Positions 58,222 to 64,000 of a stretch of 64,000 nucleotides of DNA are shown one piece after another (position 1 is the stretch's first letter; every line of letters begins with the position of its first letter). Origin of the DNA: Alphaproteobacteria bacterium. GTDB taxonomy: Bacteria > Pseudomonadota > Alphaproteobacteria > UBA828. The translations under genes and the position numbers were made by a program. A model generated the notes under the pieces. It searched no databases. It worked only from the letters and a program-made list of their open reading frames with translations, and was not told where the DNA came from. The stretch covers positions 523,230 through 587,229 of the forward strand of contig CBDCGS010000011.1 of the NCBI GenBank assembly GCA_965216915.1. Direction: 5' to 3'.

Positions 58222-58833
58222 ATGGACGATGCCCATGCGCCTCTACGACTTCGCCAAATCGGCAACGGCTACAAGATTAGGCTCATGCTCAACCACCTAC
58301 AGATCGCCTACGAGCGGGTTGAGCTGAACATCGTCGAAGGCGAGACCCGTACGCCCGAATTCCTCGCGAAGAACCCGATCGGCCGGATCCCCACCCTGGA
58401 GCTTGACGACGGCACCTGCCTCGCGGAATCGGACGCGATCTTGTTCTATCTCGCACGTGACACGGACTATCTGCCGGCCGATCGGCTCGGGCAAAGCCAG
58501 GTGCTACAATGGATGTTCTTCGAGCAGTATTGTCACGAGCCATACATCGCCGTCGTGCGGTTTTGGCATTTTTCGGGCCGGGCGGAGGCCATGCAGGCCG
58601 AAATTCCGGCCCGCACGGAGCGCGGCTATCAGGCGCTCGGCGTCATGGAGCAGCACTTGGCGGCGAACGACTTTTTCGTCGGCGGGCGCTACTCCATCGC
58701 CGACATCGCGCTCTACGCCTACACCCACGTGGCGGAGGAGGGTCGGTTCGACCTCGCGCGTTTTCCAGCCATCCTCGCCTGGCTCGACCGGGTGAAGAGC
58801 CAGCCCCGCCATATTCCCATCACGCAAATCTAG
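58222..58833 (+). CDS. Glutathione S-transferase; the native N-terminus is apparently disrupted by a 1-nt deletion (canonical MRLYDFAKS start is in another frame)
   Basis: GST N- and C-domain blocks (PEFLAKNPIGRIPTLELDDG, ESDAILFYLA). The ATG at ~58235 encodes MRLYDFAKS in the -1 frame and then terminates. The conserved S-GNGYKIRL continues only in the track frame. Confidence 0.7.
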   Translation: MDDAHAPLRLRQIGNGYKIRLMLNHLQIAYERVELNIVEGETRTPEFLAKNPIGRIPTLELDDGTCLAESDAILFYLARDTDYLPADRLGQSQVLQWMFFEQYCHEPYIAVVRFWHFSGRAEAMQAEIPARTERGYQALGVMEQHLAANDFFVGGRYSIADIALYAYTHVAEEGRFDLARFPAILAWLDRVKSQPRHIPITQI

Positions 58834-59531
58834 GGTCGGTCTGGACGCGGTGCGCGGAGGTGCGGCGTGAGCCACCATTCGGTGAGCCTCACGCCGCGGA
58901 CGATGAAGAAGGTCATCACCAGATAGATCACGCCTGCCATGGCGAAAAGCTCGATCGGCATGTAGGTGCGCGCGATGATGGTGCGCGCGACACCCGTGAG
59001 GTCGAGCAGCGTGATCGTGCTCGCGAGCGCGCTGCCCTTGAGCATGAGGATGATCTCGTTGCCGTAGGCCGGCAGCGCCTGGCGGATCGCGAGCGGCATC
59101 ACGATGCGCCGGAATGCCTGCCAGCGCGACATGCCGAGTGCCCGGGCAGCCTCGATCTCGCCATGCGGCACACTCCGGATGCCGCCGCGGACGATCTCGG
59201 TCGTGTAGGCCGCCGTGTTGAGGCTGAAGGCGATGATCGCACACCAATAGGGTTCGCGCAGAATGGGCCAGAGCACGCTTTCCCGCACCGTCGCGAATTG
59301 AGAGAGGCCGTAGTAGACGAGGAAAATCTGCACCAGCAGCGGGGTGCCGCGAAAGAAGAACACATAGCCATAGGCCGGGCCGTTGAGCCACCAGAGCCCG
59401 GAGGTGCGCATCGCGGCGAGCGGCAACGCCAGCACCATTCCGATCGCCAAGGAGAGAGCGACGAGCTGCAGCGTGAGGCCGGCCCCCTCCAAGAGGCGCG
59501 GCACGCTGTCGGCCATCACGCCAAAGTCCAT
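58830..59531 (-). CDS. Polar amino acid (His/Arg/opine-type) ABC transporter permease (HisM-like)
   Basis: EAA loop EAARALGMSRWQAFRRIVMP; 5 TM segments. Confidence 0.85.
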   Translation of the reverse strand: MDFGVMADSVPRLLEGAGLTLQLVALSLAIGMVLALPLAAMRTSGLWWLNGPAYGYVFFFRGTPLLVQIFLVYYGLSQFATVRESVLWPILREPYWCAIIAFSLNTAAYTTEIVRGGIRSVPHGEIEAARALGMSRWQAFRRIVMPLAIRQALPAYGNEIILMLKGSALASTITLLDLTGVARTIIARTYMPIELFAMAGVIYLVMTFFIVRGVRLTEWWLTPHLRAPRPDRP

Positions 59532-60223
59532 CAGACGGCCCGCCTGACGCCGCGCTCGACGCGCCGCTCGAGAAGATGGATCCCGGCCATCGAAATCGCG
59601 GTCATGCAAAGATAGATGACCGCGGCCGCGAGATAGAACGTGAAGGGCTCTTTCGTGTAGCTGACGGCGATCGCGCTCTTGCGCATCAGCTCGTCCAGAC
59701 CAACCACGGAGACCAGCGCGGTATCCTTGAGAAGCACGAGAAAGAGGTTGCCGAGGCCGGGCAAGGCGAAGCGCCAGACCTGCGGCAGGAGGATCCGCTG
59801 GAACGTCTGCCAGCGGCTCATGCCGAGCGCGCGGGCGGCCTCGGCTTGCCCCTTGGGCACGGCGAGGAAGGCGCCGCGAAACACCTCGGTGGCATAGGCA
59901 CCGAAGGTGAGGCCAAGCGCGATCATGCCGGCGACGAAGGGCGTGACCTCGATGTAGGCGTCGTAGCCGACACCCCGCGCGATGCTCTGAACGAGCAGCG
60001 AGAGGCCGAAGAAGACGATGAGCACGACGAGAAGCTCAGGCACGCCGCGCACCACGGTGGTGTAGACCTCCCCAATCGAGCGAAGCACGAGGTTCCGCGA
60101 GAGTTTTGCCGCCGCGCCGAGAAGACCGAGCACGATCCCGACCCCGAAGGAGGCCGCGGTCAGCTCCACGGTGAGCAGGGCGCCCGCCGCGAGCTGCGCC
60201 TCGAACCCGTGCAGGTCGATCAT
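59531..60223 (-). CDS. Polar amino acid ABC transporter permease (HisQ-like)
   Basis: EAA loop AEAARALGMSRWQTFQRILLPQ. Confidence 0.85.
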   Translation of the reverse strand: MIDLHGFEAQLAAGALLTVELTAASFGVGIVLGLLGAAAKLSRNLVLRSIGEVYTTVVRGVPELLVVLIVFFGLSLLVQSIARGVGYDAYIEVTPFVAGMIALGLTFGAYATEVFRGAFLAVPKGQAEAARALGMSRWQTFQRILLPQVWRFALPGLGNLFLVLLKDTALVSVVGLDELMRKSAIAVSYTKEPFTFYLAAAVIYLCMTAISMAGIHLLERRVERGVRRAV

Positions 60224-60297
60224 CGATCGGGATCAACGAGGAAGCGGCGCATCCGCGGTGGAGCCGCCGATGCGCCGCTTCTCGGGTTCACGCCCAG

Positions 60298-61059
60298 CTA
60301 GTAGATGCTGAAAGGGAAGTACCGAGCGTTGATTTCTTCGTAGGTGCCGTCCGCGAGAATCGCGGCGAGCGCATCGTTCAGCCGCTGCAGGAGGGCCGTG
60401 TCGTCCTTGCGCACGGCGATGCCGATGCCGTCGTCGAGGCTATAGCCGTCGCCAAAGAACTCAAATCCGGCGCCATCCTCGGTCTGGAGCCACTCGTAGA
60501 GCACCAGCCCATCGGCGAAGAGAGCATCCAACCGGCCGTTGGCCATATCCAGGTTCGCGTTCTCCTGGGTGTCGTAGAGCTTGATCTCGGCGTCGTCGGC
60601 CAGATTGTCCTCAAGCCAGCCGGCGGCGACGGTCGCGCGCTGCGTGCCGATGGTCTTTCCGCTGAGATTGTTGGGATCGAGGCCGGAGCCCTTCGGGCCG
60701 ACGAAGCGCACGAGGTTGCTGTAGTACTTGTTCGTGAAGCTCACCGCCTTTTTGCGTTCATCGGTGATCGACATGCTGGCGACGATCGCATCATATTTGT
60801 TGGCGAGGAGCGCCGGGATAATGCCGTCCCAATCCTGTGCGATAAGCTCGCAGGTCACGTTCATTTTTTCGCAGAGCGCCCGCGCGATCTCGACATCGAA
60901 TCCACCGAGCGCGCCGGTTTCGTCGATGAAGTTGAACGGCGGGTAGGCACCCTCCGTGCCGATCCGCACGGTCTCGGCCTTCGCGACCTGCGTGCCGGTG
61001 ACGACGCCCATCGCGACGATCGCGGCGCCAAGCAATCCCACCATGAACCGATTCATCAT
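60298..61059 (-). CDS. Amino acid ABC transporter substrate-binding protein (family 3; Lys/Arg/Orn/His-type)
   Basis: Signal peptide MMNRFMVGLLGAAIVAMGVVTGTQVAKA and SBP_bac_3 blocks (IGTEGAYPPFNF). RBS GGGGAGA upstream. Confidence 0.85.
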   Translation of the reverse strand: MMNRFMVGLLGAAIVAMGVVTGTQVAKAETVRIGTEGAYPPFNFIDETGALGGFDVEIARALCEKMNVTCELIAQDWDGIIPALLANKYDAIVASMSITDERKKAVSFTNKYYSNLVRFVGPKGSGLDPNNLSGKTIGTQRATVAAGWLEDNLADDAEIKLYDTQENANLDMANGRLDALFADGLVLYEWLQTEDGAGFEFFGDGYSLDDGIGIAVRKDDTALLQRLNDALAAILADGTYEEINARYFPFSIY

Positions 61060-61136
61060 CAATCTCCCCAGATCGTTCTTCATAGGATGTACAACGTTGA
61101 GAGCGGCTGCGGCCCGCGTCAAGCGCGCCGTGCACG

Positions 61137-61922
61137 TCAAAGCTCCTGGGAGAGGAACTGGCGGAGGCGGTCCGAGCGCGGGTTCCCGAACAGCTCGGCC
61201 GGCGGACCCTCCTCCTCCACGGCGCCGTCGTGGAGAAACACCACACGGCTCGCGACCTCGCGGGCAAAGGCCATCTCGTGGGTCACGAGCAGCATGGTCC
61301 GCCCTTCTCCCGCGATGTCGCGGATCACCTTGAGCACTTCGCCGATGAGTTCAGGATCGAGCGCGGAGGTGGGCTCGTCGAACAGCATCAAGCGTGGCTC
61401 CATGGCGAGCGCCCGGGCGATTGCGGCGCGTTGCTGCTGTCCGCCCGAGAGGTGCGCGGGATAATGGCCAAGCTTATCGCCGAGACCGACGCGCTCCAGG
61501 AGGGCGCCCGCGCGGTCGCGCGCCTCGGCCTTGGAAAGGCCGAGAACCCGGACAGGCGCTTCCGCGACGTTCTGCAGCACCGTCATGTGGCTCCAGAGAT
61601 TGAAGCTCTGGAACACCATGCCAGCCTGCGCGCGGATACGGTCGACCTGCCTCTGGTTGGCCGGCACCTGCCCACGCCGCGTGCGCCTCATTTCGATCAG
61701 CTCGCCGCCAACGCGCACTTCGCCGGAATCGGGGATTTCCAGGAGATTGATGCAGCGCAGCAACGTGCTCTTGCCTGAGCCGGATGAGCCGACGATTGCG
61801 ATGACGTCGCCGTCGTCGGCGGAGAGCGAGACCCCGCGCAGCACCTCGACGGCGCCGAAGCTCTTGTAGAGATCGCGCACGCTGAGCGCCGAGGCATCGC
61901 TCTGGCCAGCCGCATCGGTCAT
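61137..61922 (-). CDS. Amino acid ABC transporter ATP-binding protein (HisP-like)
   Basis: Walker A GSSGSGKST, signature LSGGQQQRAAIARA, Walker B LFDEPTSALD. Confidence 0.9.
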   Translation of the reverse strand: MTDAAGQSDASALSVRDLYKSFGAVEVLRGVSLSADDGDVIAIVGSSGSGKSTLLRCINLLEIPDSGEVRVGGELIEMRRTRRGQVPANQRQVDRIRAQAGMVFQSFNLWSHMTVLQNVAEAPVRVLGLSKAEARDRAGALLERVGLGDKLGHYPAHLSGGQQQRAAIARALAMEPRLMLFDEPTSALDPELIGEVLKVIRDIAGEGRTMLLVTHEMAFAREVASRVVFLHDGAVEEEGPPAELFGNPRSDRLRQFLSQEL

Positions 61923-61938
61923 GCCCCCACACTACGGA

Positions 61939-61963
61939 AAAACGGGCCGTCGGGCACCGTTTC
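61939..61963 (-). terminator. Putative rho-independent terminator downstream of the PuuB-like gene (minus strand)
   Basis: GC-rich hairpin (AAACGG...GCC..GGC..CCGTTT). On the minus strand it is followed by a run of 5 T. Confidence 0.45.
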
Positions 61964-61985
61964 GATCGGGTGGGAGCGGAGAACC

Positions 61986-63290
61986 TCAGAGAAGGTCGCG
62001 CAGCGCGTAGTAGCGCATCCCGAGCACCAGCAGCGGCCAACGCAGCAGCGTGCCGCCGGGCCAAGCGGGTTGCGGCAGTCGCGCGAACACATCGAAGCGC
62101 TCGGCCGTGCCCGCGATCGCCTCGGCGACGAGCTTGCCCGCGAAGCTCGCCATCCCGACGCCGTGACCCGAATAACCCTGCGCATAATAGAGTTCGGGTG
62201 CAGCCCGGCCGAAGCTCGGCATGCGCGCACGGGTGATCGCGAGCGTCCCGCCCCAGGCATGATCGATCCCCACATCGGCGAGCTGTGGAAACACCCGAAG
62301 CATGCGCCTGCGAACAAAGCCCTTCAGATCCCGCGGAAAACTGCGGCTGTAGCTCTCGCCACCGCCGAATAGGAGCCGCCGATCGGCCGAAAGCCTGTAA
62401 TAGTCGATCACGAACTTGGTGTCGGAGACCGCCTCATCGCCCGGAATCAGGGCGTGCGCACGCGCGTCGCCGAGCGGTGCGGTGGCGAGGATGTAGTTGT
62501 TGATCGGCATGATGCGCCCGGCGATGCGCGGCACCAGCCGATCCAGATATCCGTTGCACGCGAGGAGAACCCGATCGGCGCAGACCGTGTGGCCCGACGC
62601 ACGAAGTGCCCAGGGCGGGCCGCTGCCGATCGTCTCGACCGCCGCCTGCTCATGGATCGCTGCTCCGGCAGCGGACGCCGCGCGGCCGAGGCCGAGGGCG
62701 TAGTTGAGGGGATGAAGATGTGCCGCCCCGGTGTCGACGTAGCCGCCGTGATAGCGTGTCGTGGCGACCCGCCCGGCGAGCGCCGCCTTGTCGAGCGGCT
62801 CGATCGCCTGGTAGCGGTATGTGGTGTGCAGGTGCGCCGCATAGCGGGCGAGAAAGCCCGCGTGGCGCGCCCGATGCGCGGCATGAATGATCCCGGGCTT
62901 GAGGTCGCAGGCGATGCGGTGCTGCGCGATCAGCGCCTTGACGCAGGCCTTCGCCTCCTCAGCCAATGCCCATAGAGCTTGCGCCGCGTCCATGCCGAGC
63001 TCCGCCTCGAGCGCCGTTTGGATGCGCCGCTGACCCGAGCCGAGCTGGCCGCCATTGCGGCCGGAGGCGCCGCCGCCCACACGGCGCGCCTCGAGGAGCA
63101 CGGTGTCGTAACCCCACTCGGCGAGGTGCAGTGCCGCCGAGAGCCCCGTATAGCCGCCGCCGACAATCGCGACATCGGCGCGGCGGTCGGCAGTCAGCGT
63201 GGGCCAAGCCGGACGCTCGACCGCGCTCGCCTCGTAGTAACTCGGGGTCTCGCCATCATGTTGCGCGTAGCGCGGACCGGAGCGCAGCAC
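61986..63290 (-). CDS. FAD-dependent oxidoreductase, gamma-glutamylputrescine oxidase (PuuB)-like / DadA-family
   Basis: Dinucleotide-binding motif DVAIVGGGYTGLSAALHLAEWG. The preceding TPSYYEAS parallels the PuuB N-terminus. Start is a GTG ~14 nt after the upstream stop; the track ORF has a spurious Arg-rich extension. Confidence 0.8.
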   Translation of the reverse strand: MLRSGPRYAQHDGETPSYYEASAVERPAWPTLTADRRADVAIVGGGYTGLSAALHLAEWGYDTVLLEARRVGGGASGRNGGQLGSGQRRIQTALEAELGMDAAQALWALAEEAKACVKALIAQHRIACDLKPGIIHAAHRARHAGFLARYAAHLHTTYRYQAIEPLDKAALAGRVATTRYHGGYVDTGAAHLHPLNYALGLGRAASAAGAAIHEQAAVETIGSGPPWALRASGHTVCADRVLLACNGYLDRLVPRIAGRIMPINNYILATAPLGDARAHALIPGDEAVSDTKFVIDYYRLSADRRLLFGGGESYSRSFPRDLKGFVRRRMLRVFPQLADVGIDHAWGGTLAITRARMPSFGRAAPELYYAQGYSGHGVGMASFAGKLVAEAIAGTAERFDVFARLPQPAWPGGTLLRWPLLVLGMRYYALRDLL

Positions 63291-63304
63291 CTCAGGGCAC
63301 CGGT

Positions 63305-64000
63305 TCAGACCGCGAGCAGCAGATATTCCCGCTCCCAGGAGCTCACCACGCGCAGATAGGCGTCGTACTCGGCCGAGACGACCTCCCGCAGGCCCCGCAC
63401 GAACGGCGCACCGAGCATGGCGCGGGCCTCCGCCGAGGCGCCGAAGCGCTCGAGCGCATCGGTGAGGTCGAGCGGCAGCGTCGCGTAATGATCGGTGCCA
63501 TCGTCGGCCACGGGGCGCGACGCCTCGACGCCGGTCGTCATACCGAGATAGCCCGCCGCGAGAGAGGCGGCAATCGCGAGATAGGGGTTGGTGTCCGAGC
63601 CCGGCACGCGGTTCTCGATGCGCCGATCGTCCGGTCCCGAATCGGGAATGCGCAAGCCGCACAGCCGGTTGTCGTAGCCCCACGCGAGGTTGAACGTCTT
63701 GTCACCGCCGAAGCGAATACGCCGGTACGAATTCACGTTCGGCGCGATCAGCGGCATCAGCGCGGGCAGATGCGCCTGCAAGCCGCCGAGATAGCTGAAA
63801 AAGAGCGGCGTCTCCCGCCCCGTTGCACTCGAGAACACATTGTCGCCGTTCGCCACGTCGTACACCGACTGGTGGAGATGCAGGGCGCTCCCGGGTTGGT
63901 TCTGCATCGGCTTCGCCATGAATGTGGCGTAGAAGCCGTGGCGCTGCGCGGTCTGCCGCACCGTGCGCTTGAAGAGGAACACCTGGTCGGCGATCTCGAG
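63305..64000 (-). CDS. Glutamine synthetase family protein (gamma-glutamylputrescine synthetase PuuA / GlnA-like), C-terminal part; the 5' end lies beyond the window
   Basis: GS catalytic-domain blocks (NPYLAIAASLAAG, SWEREYL). Confidence 0.8.
   Translation of the reverse strand, partial: LEIADQVFLFKRTVRQTAQRHGFYATFMAKPMQNQPGSALHLHQSVYDVANGDNVFSSATGRETPLFFSYLGGLQAHLPALMPLIAPNVNSYRRIRFGGDKTFNLAWGYDNRLCGLRIPDSGPDDRRIENRVPGSDTNPYLAIAASLAAGYLGMTTGVEASRPVADDGTDHYATLPLDLTDALERFGASAEARAMLGAPFVRGLREVVSAEYDAYLRVVSSWEREYLLLAV

Noticed and set aside
1-64000. CRISPR arrays, rRNA genes, prophage or restriction-modification/defence cassettes
   Set aside because: No spaced direct repeats, no rRNA-like conserved stretches, and no integrase, terminase, capsid, methyltransferase/endonuclease or toxin-antitoxin-like ORFs were recognised among the translations.

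Overview
GC-rich chromosomal segment whose gene content and organisation suggest an alphaproteobacterium (Rhizobiales-like); this attribution is inference only. It is densely coding: about 60 protein genes, one tRNA-Arg(ACG) and one IS630-family insertion sequence. No CRISPR array, rRNA or obvious phage/defence cassette was seen.

Main blocks, left to right:
(1) Two convergent class-I glutamine amidotransferases and a CPA1 Na+/H+ antiporter fused to a C-terminal cyclic-nucleotide-binding domain.
(2) A short lower-GC strip with a small orphan ORF and an IS630 element inserted into a CTAG that overlaps the stop codon of a cytoplasmic PAS histidine kinase.
(3) On the minus strand, a DUF2336-like gene, then the conserved prkA-yeaH(DUF444)-spoVR stress operon with a ~530-bp AT-rich leader.
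(4) A tightly coupled minus-strand operon: three-subunit molybdenum hydroxylase (FAD / 2Fe-2S / MoCo subunits), a stand-alone MoaD-like sulfur-carrier protein ending in GG, a 69-aa Cys4 mini-protein, and a 1261-aa fused hydantoinase-A/B (5-oxoprolinase-like) protein.
(5) dtd, two amidase-signature paralogs flanking an OmpR-type response regulator and a hybrid PAS kinase, an RlmI-like methyltransferase, gamma-glutamyltransferase, an OmpA-like lipoprotein and tRNA-Arg.
(6) GNAT, LysR, a TauD/TfdA dioxygenase, YqgE/AlgH, a haloacid dehalogenase and infA.
(7) A sugar-type ABC importer with two ATPase genes.
(8) A Prx5-type peroxiredoxin with an OxyR-like operator in an AT-rich divergent region that also carries an unannotated 41-codon hydrophobic micro-ORF ahead of a split hyuA/hyuB pair.
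(9) A ParF/ParG-like (ParA ATPase + RHH) pair with a disordered tail-anchored protein and a TPR-SPOR lipoprotein.
(10) A putrescine-utilisation-type cluster: potFGHI-like ABC system, GST, polar-amino-acid ABC system, a PuuB-like FAD oxidase and a truncated PuuA/GlnA-like gene at the window edge.

The most novel-looking loci are the molybdenum hydroxylase + MoaD + Cys4 + fused hydantoinase operon and the ParA-RHH-membrane-SPOR module. Also notable is a cluster of three 1-nt indels within ~610 bp that breaks the potI-like permease and the GST N-terminus.

Internal start sites were chosen by arithmetic from the ORF track and spot-checked against the sequence. Motif coordinates read directly from the sequence text may be off by 1-2 nt. 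No database search could be run.
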